Shown here piece by piece: positions 21,487 through 31,305 of a stretch of DNA of 64,000 nucleotides. The notes under the pieces are model-generated. The model had not been told where the DNA came from. It ran no database searches and saw only the letters and a program-made list of their open reading frames with translations. Source of the DNA: a bacterium (GTDB lineage: Bacteria; Patescibacteriota; Minisyncoccia; Moranbacterales; UBA1568); the NCBI GenBank assembly GCA_021821305.1, contig JAKACP010000001.1, positions 404,349-468,348 of the forward strand, given 5' to 3'. The position numbers and the translations under genes were made by a program. How positions within the stretch are numbered: position 1 is the stretch's first letter; each line of letters opens with the position of its first letter.

Positions 21487-21843
21487 ATGGGTCTCCTGTT
21501 TCGTTGGTTTTCGGTCGCGATCGGATTCATGGCGGCGGCATACTTCGTTCCGGGTATAGTGCTCGAGGGAGGATTCCCGACCGCGATACTGCTCGCGGCG
21601 GTCTGGGGCATCATCGGGATGCTCGTGCGCCCGATACTCGTCATCCTGACCCTGCCGGTGACGATACTGACGTTCGGACTGTTCATCTTCGTCATCAATG
21701 CGGGCCTCTTCTGGTGGATTGGGGACATCCTCGAGAACTTCCATGTCGCCGGTTTCTGGGCGGCGCTTCTCGGTTCGATCGTCCTTTCCGTCGTCTCGTC
21801 GATCATCAACTGGATCCTCGCACGGTTCCGCGACGAGGAGTAG
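21487..21843 (+). CDS. YvlD/DUF360 (phage holin family 4) membrane protein
   Basis: RPILVILTLPVTILTFGLFIFVINA motif. Confidence 0.9.
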   Translation: MGLLFRWFSVAIGFMAAAYFVPGIVLEGGFPTAILLAAVWGIIGMLVRPILVILTLPVTILTFGLFIFVINAGLFWWIGDILENFHVAGFWAALLGSIVLSVVSSIINWILARFRDEE

Positions 21844-22030
21844 AAGCCGGTTCAAAATCTCATGTCGAGAGAAAACATTTGGATTTCGAGCGAAAACCAT
21901 GCATCGTGAGAAGGCCTATCGTGATAAGCCGCCGAGCGATAAATGATTTGCAGCCGAAATCCGGATGTTTTCTCCGGCAAGCAGATTGTTTCCACTTTTA
22001 ATTCATCGCGGTGATATTTTGAACCGGCTT
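21844..22030. mobile_element. MITE-like element (187 bp)
   Basis: 19-bp terminal inverted repeats, 18/19 match (AAGCCGGTTCAAAATCTCA / TGATATTTTGAACCGGCTT); internal inverted repeat; fills the intergenic gap. Confidence 0.75.
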
Positions 22031-22032
22031 TT

Positions 22033-23157
22033 ATGAAGATCGCGCTCGTCCATGATTATCTCGTCCAGTACGGAGGAGCGGAACGGGTACTCTCGGCGTT
22101 CACGGAGATTTTTCCGGAAGCGCCGATCTATACGTTGCTCCACGATTCGCGCGCGGTGCATGGCGCGTTCGATGACGCCCGGGTCTATACGTCGTTCCTG
22201 CAGGGCATCCCGTTCATCAGGCGCATGCATCGATGGTTTCCGCCGCTCATGCCGCCGGCCATCGAACAGTTCGATTTTTCGATGTACGACGTGGTCCTCT
22301 CGGACTCATCGAGCTATGCCAAGGGAATCCTGACCCCGCCGGAGACGCTCCATATCTCCTATGTCCATACGCCGATGCGGTACGCGTGGGACGACTGCCA
22401 GAAATACGCGCAGGACTTCGGCTTTCCACGCCTCGTGAAGAAGTTCGTCCCGTTCTTCATGAATCCGATCCGCATCTGGGACAAGGCGAGCGCGGACCGG
22501 GTCGACCGGTTCCTCGCCAACTCCGATTTCGTCGCGCGGCGGATCAGGAAATACTATCGCAAGGAAGCGGAGGTGATCCATCCTCCCGTGGATGTCGATC
22601 GGTTCTTCGTCGCCGACCGCCAAGGGGATTACTTCCTCATGGTCGGCCGGCTGATCGCGTATAAACGGTTCGATATCGCGATCAGGGCGTTCAACCGCCT
22701 CAAGCTGCCGCTCCGGATCATCGGCCGCGGGCCGGAGTACGACCGGCTTCGCAAGATGGCCGGCCCGACGATCGAGTTCCTCGGAAGGGTTCCGGACGAG
22801 GAATTGCCCAGACAGTACGCCGAGTGCCGGGCATTCGTGTTCCCGCAGGAGGAGGATTTCGGCATCGTGGCGATCGAAGCGATGGCTTCGGGACGGCCGG
22901 TGATCGCCTTCCGTGGCGGCGATATCGAGGAGCGGGTCGAAGAGGCTGTTTCCGGGGTCTTTTTCGACGAGCAGACGCCCGACGCCATAGTTGCGGCGGT
23001 ACAGCGGTTCGAGACTCTGGCTTTCGATCCTGGGAAAATCCGCGAAAAAGCCATCCCGTTTGACAAAGCCGTATTTAAGCGCAAAATAAGGGAGTATGTC
23101 GAAAACTCCCTGGCGGAACATCTTCGGAAAATCAAAAGCCCGGATGTCAGCCTTTGA
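22033..23157 (+). CDS. Glycosyltransferase family 4
   Basis: MKIALVHDYL..GGAERV and EDFGIVAIEAMASG motifs. Confidence 0.93.
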   Translation: MKIALVHDYLVQYGGAERVLSAFTEIFPEAPIYTLLHDSRAVHGAFDDARVYTSFLQGIPFIRRMHRWFPPLMPPAIEQFDFSMYDVVLSDSSSYAKGILTPPETLHISYVHTPMRYAWDDCQKYAQDFGFPRLVKKFVPFFMNPIRIWDKASADRVDRFLANSDFVARRIRKYYRKEAEVIHPPVDVDRFFVADRQGDYFLMVGRLIAYKRFDIAIRAFNRLKLPLRIIGRGPEYDRLRKMAGPTIEFLGRVPDEELPRQYAECRAFVFPQEEDFGIVAIEAMASGRPVIAFRGGDIEERVEEAVSGVFFDEQTPDAIVAAVQRFETLAFDPGKIREKAIPFDKAVFKRKIREYVENSLAEHLRKIKSPDVSL

Positions 23158-23182
23158 AACGTGAATCTTGATGCATAATGTC

Positions 23183-23776
23183 ATGGAACTCCGTGAATTC
23201 GTCGGTATTTTCATAAAGGACAGGAAGGTATTCTTCGGGATCATCCTCGGCTGTGTCGTCTTGGGAGTGCTCGGGTTCCGGTTCCAGCCGGAAGGGTACC
23301 GGGCGACGGTGTCGCTCAACGTGACGCGCGGAGGAGCCGTCGAGACCTCCGACTACCGGTATGACCAGTTCTATCGCCTTCAGGCGGACGAGCGGTTCGC
23401 GGATACGGTCGTGCGCTGGATCGCCGCGCCCGCCCTCAAGGGGGCTATCGATGCCGAGGCCGGCGTGCAAGGCGGTGTCATCCGGGATCTCGAGGCTGTC
23501 CGGCTCTCCTCGCAAATGATAGAAGTGACGTATACGGCATCGTCTCCGGTCGCCTTCGGGAAATACGCCGAGGCGATCGCCGAAGTGATCAACCGCGAAT
23601 CGGCGTCGCTCAACGAATCCGCGAAGGCGCAGGACTGGTTCATCGTCGTCTCCGGCGACCCGGCGGTCGGAGACGCCCGGATCGGGTTTTGGCCGATGGC
23701 GTCGGGGAGTCTTTTCGCGGGAGTGTTCCTGGCATTCTGGACGGTGCTCGCACGGCGGTATTGGAAGAAAGGGTAA
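23183..23776 (+). CDS. Wzz/CapA-like two-TM protein
   Basis: MELREF start with N- and C-terminal TM helices; between glycosyltransferases. Confidence 0.6.
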   Translation: MELREFVGIFIKDRKVFFGIILGCVVLGVLGFRFQPEGYRATVSLNVTRGGAVETSDYRYDQFYRLQADERFADTVVRWIAAPALKGAIDAEAGVQGGVIRDLEAVRLSSQMIEVTYTASSPVAFGKYAEAIAEVINRESASLNESAKAQDWFIVVSGDPAVGDARIGFWPMASGSLFAGVFLAFWTVLARRYWKKG

Positions 23777-23823
23777 TAATATTTTTTCTACGGCTCCTGG
23801 GAGGGAAGATGGGCGGAATTCGT

Positions 23824-24981
23824 ATGAGGATAGGGATAGATGTGAGGTGTCTGGCGGAGGGACGGCGGAGCGGAGTCGAGGAATACGCGATAGCGCTCCT
23901 GTCGGAGCTGTTCCGGATCGATCGGCAGAACGAGTACGTCCTGTTTTTCAATGCCTGGGGCGGGGAAGCTCCCGACTTTTCCTGGGCGGAAGGGTACGAG
24001 AACGTCTCGGTGCGGCGGTTCCGTATCCCGAACAAATTGCTCAACCTCTCGCTGTGGTATCTCAACCGGCCCCGGCTCGACCGCCTGATCGGCGGGGCGG
24101 ATGTCTTTTTCCTCCCCAACATCAATTTCTGCGCCGTGTCCGATGATACGAAACTCATCGTCACCGCGCACGACCTTTCGTTCGAGGCGTATCCGGAAAC
24201 CTTTTCCTGGAAACAGCGGGTATGGCATTTTTTCGTGAATCCGAAAAAGCTGTTCCGTCGCGCCGACCGGATACTCGCCGTGTCGCGATCGACCAAGGAA
24301 GATCTCGTCGCCCGCTACGGTATCAAGGCGTCTCGGATCGAGGTCGTGCCGAGCGGTATCGACCCGCACTTCCGGGAGTACGACCGCAACGATCCGAAGC
24401 TCCTTGAGATGAAGGCGAAATATCATCTGCCCTACAGCTTCATCCTCTATCTCGGCGCGTTCGAGCCGCGCAAGAACATCGTCTCGATCATTCGTGCGTT
24501 CGGCGCGCTCAAGAAGGCCCGTCACCCGGAACTCGAAAAACTCTCGCTCGTTCTCGCCGGTGTTTCGGGGTGGAAAGAGTCATCGATACTCGAGGAGATA
24601 CGGCGTTCCCCGTGGAGCGGACACATACTCCTGCCCGGTTTCATCGACGCCGAAGACAAGGCGGCGGTCTACAACCTCGCCAGCTGTTTCGCCTACCCGT
24701 CGCTCTACGAAGGGTTCGGCTTCCCGCCGCTCGAAGCGCTCGCCTGCGGCGTACCGGTGGTCACTTCGCACTCGACCTCGCTTCCGGAGATCGTCGGGGA
24801 TGCGGCGGTGCTCGTCGACCCGCACCGACCCGAAGAACTCTTCCGGGCGTTCGAGCAGGTGCTCCTCGACAAGGGGCTCCGCGCGACGCTTCACGAGAAG
24901 GGGTTGGTCCGCGCCAAGCGGTTCCTCTGGGGCGAGACCGCTCGTCGCGTTCTCGCGGAATTCGGGAAAACCGGTTCTTGA
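23824..24981 (+). CDS. Glycosyltransferase family 4 (mannosyltransferase-like)
   Basis: MRIGID, EPRKN and [15 protein letters not shown] motifs. Confidence 0.93.
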   Translation: MRIGIDVRCLAEGRRSGVEEYAIALLSELFRIDRQNEYVLFFNAWGGEAPDFSWAEGYENVSVRRFRIPNKLLNLSLWYLNRPRLDRLIGGADVFFLPNINFCAVSDDTKLIVTAHDLSFEAYPETFSWKQRVWHFFVNPKKLFRRADRILAVSRSTKEDLVARYGIKASRIEVVPSGIDPHFREYDRNDPKLLEMKAKYHLPYSFILYLGAFEPRKNIVSIIRAFGALKKARHPELEKLSLVLAGVSGWKESSILEEIRRSPWSGHILLPGFIDAEDKAAVYNLASCFAYPSLYEGFGFPPLEALACGVPVVTSHSTSLPEIVGDAAVLVDPHRPEELFRAFEQVLLDKGLRATLHEKGLVRAKRFLWGETARRVLAEFGKTGS

Positions 24982-25078
24982 CAGGTTCTTCTTTCCTATT
25001 TTTTTTTCTGCTATACTGGAATCGCTTGGCCGTCAGGTCGGACGGACACATGAACATAAAATGGGTAAAGAAGAATCT

Positions 25079-25312
25079 ATGACGTTTCAGAGGAATGTCG
25101 GGGGAGCGGATCGTATCATCCGCATCGTGCTCGGTTTGGTCATCATGGCTGTCGGTGCGTACTTCGGGTCGCCGTGGGGACTGCTCGGTATCGTCGTCCT
25201 CGCGACGGGTATTTTCCGATATTGCCTGCTTTACTCCGTCTGCGGCGCCTCCACCTGCAAAGTGAAGCCGGTGTCCGGCGAGACAAGCGGCGATACGTCG
25301 GTACGGCAATAG
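25079..25312 (+). CDS. DUF2892 (YgaP-like) membrane protein
   Basis: NVGGADRIIRIVLG...C.LYSVCG.STC pattern. Confidence 0.85.
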   Translation: MTFQRNVGGADRIIRIVLGLVIMAVGAYFGSPWGLLGIVVLATGIFRYCLLYSVCGASTCKVKPVSGETSGDTSVRQ

Positions 25313-25352
25313 CTCTATCATAAAAAAATAAACATAAGTAAAGAAAAATCAT

Positions 25353-26705
25353 ATGGCACAGGATTCGAAGAAACACCTTTCGCCGTTGTCCGCGATGTTG
25401 GTCGCGATGCTCTCGCTCGGTCTCTTCACCGGCGGGACGGCGCTCATGGTAAAGACAGGCGTGGTATCGGCCGCTCCGTTCGCGTTCGTCCTGGGAGACG
25501 AAGATGAAGATGAAGACGAAGACAAGGATGATGATAAGGACAGCAAGGACGAGGACGACGAGAAGGATGACGACGGCAAGGACGAAGATGATGATAAGGA
25601 CAGCAAGGACGAGGACGACGAGAAGGATGACGACGGAAAGGACGAGGACGACGACCGTGATGATGAATCGGAGAAGCTCTCCGGACGGGGCGGGGATTCC
25701 GAGTCCGATGAGGATGGCAAGGACGAGGATGAAGAAGACGGAATGGAGGATGAAGACGAAAACGAAGATGGTGATGATGGTCTCAAGGACCTCATGGAAA
25801 AGGTAGCGGAATCGGAGAAGGAGATCTTCGAGAAACAGCGAGAGGGCGTGGATGCCACGGCCGCGCTCGCACGGATCGCATCGGCGAAGGGAGTCCTCGA
25901 GGCCTACAAGGCCGCGGTCGCCGCGGGAAATTTCGGGGAAGCCGACCGGTTGGCGAGAGAGATCAAGAAGCTCTCTCATTTCGCGGTGGAAGAGGATCTG
26001 CATGACGCGAAGAAATCGTCGGAGCGACTGAAGCAGGCGCAGGAAAAGATAGCCAAGGCCAAGGCCAAGATAGCCCTCCTTGCCGCCGCGGGCGGATCGA
26101 CAGGAGGCCTCGTGGAACTGCTCGCCGGAGCGGAGGCCAAAGTCGCCGCAGGGAACGCTCTTCTGCCCTCGGGGGACTTCATGAACGCGGAGAGCCTGTT
26201 CAAGGAAGCGAAGAGCATCGCGAACCGCGTGAAGGATATGGCTGAAAACGCACTCTATGCGATCGGCGGGAGCGACGATGATTTCGATGACGATCACGAG
26301 GAGTTCTCGGAAGAAGTGTCGGATGAACTCGACGATATCGCCGAGATCGAGGAAGACGACGACCGGGTGAACGCGATCAAGGCGATCGTGTCGAAGCAGA
26401 AAGCGTCCGGACTCGCGGTCGCGGCGTCCGTCCAGCTCGCGCAGGAGCGGAGCGCGCTTGCGAAGTTCTTCCTCGGATCGGATGACCTGTCGCTCGGATC
26501 GATCCAAGCGAAGATCGCCGAGAACGCCGCGAACGCGGCTGCGCTCCGGGCCCTCGCGCAGTCTTCCGGTGATGCCGATATCCAGGAACTGCTCACCGAG
26601 CAGGCGGAGCGGATCGAATCCGAGAACGTCAAACTCCAGGCATTCGTCGGTGCACAAGCCGATTCCAACGGCCTCTTCGGGTGGCTGGTCGATCTCTTCG
26701 TGTAG
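25353..26705 (+). CDS. Exported/anchored protein with Asp/Glu-rich low-complexity region and helical C-terminal part
   Basis: N-terminal hydrophobic segment, ~100-aa D/E/K tract, Ala-rich helices. Confidence 0.8.
   Translation: MAQDSKKHLSPLSAMLVAMLSLGLFTGGTALMVKTGVVSAAPFAFVLGDEDEDEDEDKDDDKDSKDEDDEKDDDGKDEDDDKDSKDEDDEKDDDGKDEDDDRDDESEKLSGRGGDSESDEDGKDEDEEDGMEDEDENEDGDDGLKDLMEKVAESEKEIFEKQREGVDATAALARIASAKGVLEAYKAAVAAGNFGEADRLAREIKKLSHFAVEEDLHDAKKSSERLKQAQEKIAKAKAKIALLAAAGGSTGGLVELLAGAEAKVAAGNALLPSGDFMNAESLFKEAKSIANRVKDMAENALYAIGGSDDDFDDDHEEFSEEVSDELDDIAEIEEDDDRVNAIKAIVSKQKASGLAVAASVQLAQERSALAKFFLGSDDLSLGSIQAKIAENAANAAALRALAQSSGDADIQELLTEQAERIESENVKLQAFVGAQADSNGLFGWLVDLFV
25526..25650 (+). repeat. 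In-frame 60-bp tandem duplication
   Basis: DDDKDSKDEDDEKDDDGKDE encoded twice with near-identical DNA. Confidence 0.85.
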
Positions 26706-26721
26706 GAGGAATGATACGGCT

Positions 26722-26762
26722 TCGAGGATCCTCTCCGACAAGAGAGGATCCTCGTCTTTTTT
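26722..26762 (+). terminator. Intrinsic terminator
   Basis: CGAGGATCCTCT...AGAGGATCCTCG plus T tract. Confidence 0.75.
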
Positions 26763-26865
26763 GAGAATCGCCCCTGACCCGTAAGTGTCGTAGGCACGGA
26801 TACTTGCATTCGATCAATTTTCGTGTTATAATGTTATCGTGAGCCTTTACCAGAGCGATTTTTTT

Positions 26866-27270
26866 ATGTCTGAAGCGAAACAGCCCCATTTCGGGGAACA
26901 TCTGACCATCGATGGGTACGGCGGATCATACGAGAAGCTGAATGATCGGGACCTCATCCTCTCCTGTCTCTCGGAACTCCCGGGGAAACTCGGGATGCAT
27001 CCCCTCGCCGAACCCGTGGTATATGCCGCGGCGGACAATCAGATCAAGGATCCCGGCGGCTGGAGCGGATTCGTCGTCATCGCGGAGAGCCATATCAGTA
27101 TTCACACCTTCCCGAAACGGCGATTCGTCAGCATCGATGCCTACACCTGCAAGAACGGCATCGATCAGTCCGTCATCGAACGATATTTCCAGGAAGCGTT
27201 CTCCCTCGAGGACATGGAAACCAATTTCATCATCCGTGGGAAAAAATATCCGCAGGAAAACCTCGCATAA
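26866..27270 (+). CDS. speD: Pyruvoyl-dependent S-adenosylmethionine decarboxylase family protein
   Basis: FGEHLTIDGYG, IAE|SHISIHTFP cleavage motif and DAYTC. Confidence 0.88.
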   Translation: MSEAKQPHFGEHLTIDGYGGSYEKLNDRDLILSCLSELPGKLGMHPLAEPVVYAAADNQIKDPGGWSGFVVIAESHISIHTFPKRRFVSIDAYTCKNGIDQSVIERYFQEAFSLEDMETNFIIRGKKYPQENLA

Positions 27271-27336
27271 AAACACCAACACCTTCTTCTTGTAGTCGAC
27301 TTTCGGTTCTTTTAAAATTTTTCAGAGGAGGCAATC

Positions 27337-27891
27337 ATGCCGAAATGGATCAAGTGGTTCGTGGGAGCGGCATTCGCGCTTGCCGTGGTTCTCGGGTTCG
27401 CGAGTGTCGTCGCCGGGGAGTACTGGTGGATCAGTCTGCTCGTCAACGTGACGACGGTCGTCGCGTGGGCACTCGGAATCGTCATCAGTATCGTTGCGGT
27501 CGCCAAAGGCAGTGCCATGAAAGAGAAGATGGGTGTTTCGCTCCGAGTGTACCTGTCACTCGTGGCGACGACCGAGATCCTCTACACGGTCGGAGCGCTC
27601 ATGATCCTCTCGTCGATGGGGGTCAATGTCATACAACACCTGGCGGATCGCGATTTCTGGAAATTCTACGAGATCATGAGCCAGTTCGACGTGACGACCA
27701 TCGAGATCATCGGGGCGGTCGGCTGGGCCGGGTTCGTCATCAACCGGGGGGTGTCGTTCCTGAGTCCCGGCTATCTCCTGATGGCCGGGGGAACGAAACT
27801 TCATCCGTATTTCCGGGTCTCGGCCTGGACGGAAATCCTGCTCGAGATCGCGACGACGATCCTCATTTTTCTCTCGCTCTGGTTCAAATGA
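27337..27891 (+). CDS. Multi-pass membrane hypothetical protein
   Basis: SD GAGGAGG; several hydrophobic helices. Confidence 0.75.
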   Translation: MPKWIKWFVGAAFALAVVLGFASVVAGEYWWISLLVNVTTVVAWALGIVISIVAVAKGSAMKEKMGVSLRVYLSLVATTEILYTVGALMILSSMGVNVIQHLADRDFWKFYEIMSQFDVTTIEIIGAVGWAGFVINRGVSFLSPGYLLMAGGTKLHPYFRVSAWTEILLEIATTILIFLSLWFK

Positions 27892-27898
27892 CCGGGCA

Positions 27899-27939
27899 AA
27901 AAAACACGGGAAAGCGAATTATTCGCTTTCCCGTTTTTG
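27899..27939. terminator. Bidirectional terminator between convergent genes
   Basis: A tract, ACGGGAAAGCGAA-tta-TTCGCTTTCCCGT, T tract. Confidence 0.8.
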
Positions 27940-28665
27940 TTAACGAAGCATGACTTTTGCAGTCACGAACTGTGCAAGTTTCGTGAGCATCTTCATGCGG
28001 TGGGCATATCTGTAGAAAGAGCTTTCCCAGAGCATAAGCACTCCGTAATCGAGACTGTCCGGATCCTCCATATACCCGGGGATGATTTTCACGATACGGA
28101 AGCCGTTCGACTGATAGAGTCTGATTTCCGGGTCGCGGGTCTTGCCATCGCGGTTTTTCCCAAGAACATAATCCTCGATACTCATCTTATCGGCGTATTT
28201 ATGGTAGCTCGGAATACGAGAACCAAGGAATACTCCTTTCTTTCCGGCGAGAATTCCCGAGATGAGAAAAGATGTGCTGATGAGTCTTTCCGAGACATTG
28301 TTTCCCTGACTGTCGGGGGAAACCGAGAGGTCTACGCCGAAGGCATATTCGCCACTTTCATCATGTCCCGCCAACGTTCCGTTACTGCTGATTTCATCCC
28401 AGTTTTGGCAGCTCATGATGGAGTCTTCAGTTTTGTAGACAAAGGTCACCGTGCCGATTATTTTTCCCCCCTTGAGCGCACAGTAGAGGAGATCAGGATT
28501 TTTCAATTGCAATTCCATCTTCTCTTCATCCCAGACATATCTCTGTGGAACCGGTGGCGGCCACGCCGCCTTGTTTACATCAACAAAACCCTGGATAAGC
28601 TTTGACCGGGGGTAGCCGGTCGCAAGCAATTCTGAGGCACGAAATATCCTGATTTTTTCGCTCAC
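27940..28665 (-). CDS. GNAT family N-acetyltransferase
   Basis: SD AAGGAG plus GTG start; GVDLSVSPDSQG, GSRIPSY, RDPEI..Y..NGF and PGYMEDPDSLDYGVLMLW motifs. Confidence 0.8.
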   Translation of the reverse strand: MSEKIRIFRASELLATGYPRSKLIQGFVDVNKAAWPPPVPQRYVWDEEKMELQLKNPDLLYCALKGGKIIGTVTFVYKTEDSIMSCQNWDEISSNGTLAGHDESGEYAFGVDLSVSPDSQGNNVSERLISTSFLISGILAGKKGVFLGSRIPSYHKYADKMSIEDYVLGKNRDGKTRDPEIRLYQSNGFRIVKIIPGYMEDPDSLDYGVLMLWESSFYRYAHRMKMLTKLAQFVTAKVMLR

Positions 28666-28800
28666 GGGCGACTCCTTTCTTCCATGTTGTAAATGTGCAT
28701 CAGGTTATTCTAACACGAATACAATCAGTTGTCAATAATGAAAGTCATATGGAGTATAGTATAATTTCAAAAACAATCCGTGTAATGTACCAAAAAATAC

Positions 28801-30429
28801 ATGCTCTTCGAAGGTGACTTGATTATGCTGTTCGTTGTAGCTTTTTTGCTTCTTTTTCTTGGCGGATTTGTTGTCTATAAAAATCCGAAAAGTTGGGTAC
28901 ACAGGAGTTATGCCTTGCTATCCTTTTCTCTGCTCGTTTGGATTTTTTCCTCATATTTTGAAGATACTGTCGCCAGTCCCTTCTATGGAGATCTGCTGTT
29001 GCGCGTCGACTTCTCGTCCGCATTGTTCGCTGCTTTCTTCTTGTTGCTCTTCTGCTTTGAGCTTTCCAAAAAGATCATAGACAGATTTTCCTATTTTCGG
29101 TGGGCGATTTTTCTCTTTCCCGTAGTTGGTTCTTTGCTTATATTTTTTTCTGATTACGTCATAAGCGGATTTTATACCGATTCGTTCGGAGTCCTGATTC
29201 CGACTTTTGGCATGTTCGGATTCATGTATAATTTTTTGATCGTAGCGATTTCGCTTATCAGTATCAGCCTGATCGTTTACGAGTATAAGTCCGCCGGCCA
29301 GGCCGAAAAGGCGCAATACATATATCTGCTTATCGGGATCTCCCTGACGGTTACGGTCGCCTTACTTACGAATATTCTTTTGACCGATTACATAAAGAAT
29401 AGTCCGGACTACGGAGTCTATAGCCGTCTGGGCATTTTCAGCTCCGTTTTCATAGCGATATTTCCTGGATACGCGATGTTGAGATATCGCCTGCTCAACA
29501 TGAAAGTCATTGCCACGGAATCCCTTTCTTTCATCATTCTTCTGGTCACGTTCGTACAGATTTTTCTTGCCGAAAACCCCTATCAGCTGCTTATACGAGG
29601 ACTTGTATTCATGGCGATGCTTGTCCTCATCGGCATGCTTCTGAAATCGGTCGAGACTGAAGTCGAGCGCAAGGAGGAACTGCAGGAGATGGCGAACAAA
29701 CTCGCGATAACGAACGAGGAGCTCAAGCGTCTCGACAATTCGAAATCCGAGTTCATCTCGATCGCCTCGCACCAGCTGCGCACCCCGCTCACCGCGATCA
29801 AGGGGTTCCTCTCGCTCATCCTCGAGGGATCGTACGGCAAGATCACTCCGCAGATCGAGGACGTGATCAACAAGGTGTACTCGGCCAACGGCCACCTCGT
29901 CGAGCTTGTGGAGAATCTCCTCAACGTCTCGCGCATCGATTCGGGACGCATCCAGTATCAGTTCGCGCCCGCGGATATCACCGAGGTCATCCGTGAGCTC
30001 GCCGATTCGATGACGATCATCGCCAAAGGCAGGGGCCTCGCGCTCTCGTTCACGTATCCGGAGCGACCGATCGAGCCTTTCGACATGGACGTGCAGAAAA
30101 TCCGCGAAGTCGTCTCCAATCTCATCGACAACGCCATCAAATACACCAAGGAAGGAAGCATCGCGGTTTCCCTCGAGCGGCGGGGCGATACGGCCCGGAT
30201 CACCGTCTCGGATACGGGTATCGGTATCGCGCCGGAGGACATCCATCAGCTGTTCCAGAAGTTCCGTCGCGGCGCCGGCGCGGGCAAGGTGAACGTCTCG
30301 GGGACCGGGCTCGGTCTCTATGTGGCCAAATCCTTCGTCGACGCGCACGGCGGCAGTCTCTCCATCGAGTCGGATGGTGTCGGCAAAGGCTCGCGGTTCA
30401 TCGTCGAACTTCCCCTCCGGAAGAAGTAG
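28801..30429 (+). CDS. Sensor histidine kinase with multi-TM N-terminal input domain
   Basis: SHQLRTPL H-box, NLIDNAIKY, DTGIG and GTGLGL boxes. Confidence 0.95.
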   Translation: MLFEGDLIMLFVVAFLLLFLGGFVVYKNPKSWVHRSYALLSFSLLVWIFSSYFEDTVASPFYGDLLLRVDFSSALFAAFFLLLFCFELSKKIIDRFSYFRWAIFLFPVVGSLLIFFSDYVISGFYTDSFGVLIPTFGMFGFMYNFLIVAISLISISLIVYEYKSAGQAEKAQYIYLLIGISLTVTVALLTNILLTDYIKNSPDYGVYSRLGIFSSVFIAIFPGYAMLRYRLLNMKVIATESLSFIILLVTFVQIFLAENPYQLLIRGLVFMAMLVLIGMLLKSVETEVERKEELQEMANKLAITNEELKRLDNSKSEFISIASHQLRTPLTAIKGFLSLILEGSYGKITPQIEDVINKVYSANGHLVELVENLLNVSRIDSGRIQYQFAPADITEVIRELADSMTIIAKGRGLALSFTYPERPIEPFDMDVQKIREVVSNLIDNAIKYTKEGSIAVSLERRGDTARITVSDTGIGIAPEDIHQLFQKFRRGAGAGKVNVSGTGLGLYVAKSFVDAHGGSLSIESDGVGKGSRFIVELPLRKK

Positions 30430-30499
30430 CCCTCCGCGGGGAAGCGTTTGCCTCGGCGGAGACCCTCTGGTATCCTGAAGAACATCCTAATAACACCAT

Positions 30500-31300
30500 A
30501 TGCCGAAAATACTGCTGGTCGAGGACGATCCGCTCATAGCGGAAATCTATGTGAAGAAATTCGAAACGGCCGATTACGAGGTGGTCAACGTGACGACCGG
30601 AAAAGCCGTGCTGAAGGCGGTCGAGGAAGGCCCGTTCGATCTCGTGCTGCTCGATCTCGTCATACCGGAAATGGGCGGGATGGAGGTGCTCAAGGAGCTT
30701 CGGACGAACGCGAAATACCCATCCGATCTCAAGGTCGTCGTCTTCAGCAATCTTTCCGACCCGGAAGACCGGAAAAAGGCCATCGATCTCGGGGCCAACG
30801 GTTTCATCCAGAAAACCGACTACACCCCGTCCAAACTGATCCTCGAAGTGGAGCGACTCCTCCGGCTCTTCGAGGAGCAGGGTAGGAACGAGACGAGATC
30901 CGATGCACCGCCCGCGAAGAACGGCAAGCGGATCCTGTTCATCGAGGATGAGCCGGTATTCGTCGACATGTTCGGACGCCGACTCGCCCAGGACGGTTAC
31001 GAGATCGTCCCGCACGGGCATGGCGTCTCGGCGGTCGAGGCGGCGATGAAGGAGCATTTCGATCTCGTCATCACCGATGCGATGCTCCCGAACATGACGG
31101 GGCAGGAAGTGATCGAACGGCTCAAGTCCGATGACCGGACCAAACATATCCCGATATTCCTCCTGTCCGCCTCGCTCGAGGCGGAGGAGATGGAGAGATT
31201 GTCTCAGTCGGACGACGTCTTCAAGGCGTTTCTCAAGACGCAGATCACGCCCACGGAACTCGCCCGCGAGGTGAGCCTTTTGTTCAAGAATAACGGATAA
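30500..31300 (+). CDS. Response regulator with two receiver domains
   Basis: KILLVEDD..DLVLLD and RILFIEDE..DLVITD; no output domain. Confidence 0.9.
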   Translation: MPKILLVEDDPLIAEIYVKKFETADYEVVNVTTGKAVLKAVEEGPFDLVLLDLVIPEMGGMEVLKELRTNAKYPSDLKVVVFSNLSDPEDRKKAIDLGANGFIQKTDYTPSKLILEVERLLRLFEEQGRNETRSDAPPAKNGKRILFIEDEPVFVDMFGRRLAQDGYEIVPHGHGVSAVEAAMKEHFDLVITDAMLPNMTGQEVIERLKSDDRTKHIPIFLLSASLEAEEMERLSQSDDVFKAFLKTQITPTELAREVSLLFKNNG

Positions 31301-31305
31301 GGTAT

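Noticed and set aside
21487-21843. 'Holin' as evidence of a prophage
   Set aside because: YvlD/DUF360 proteins are common chromosomal membrane proteins, and there are no phage neighbours.
25500-25660. Regular repeats resembling a CRISPR array
   Set aside because: This is an in-frame coding duplication with no unique spacers and no cas genes.
26762-26865. Possible SAM riboswitch upstream of speD
   Set aside because: A promoter-like TTGCAT..TATAAT leaves only a ~30-nt leader, and I see no SAM riboswitch consensus.
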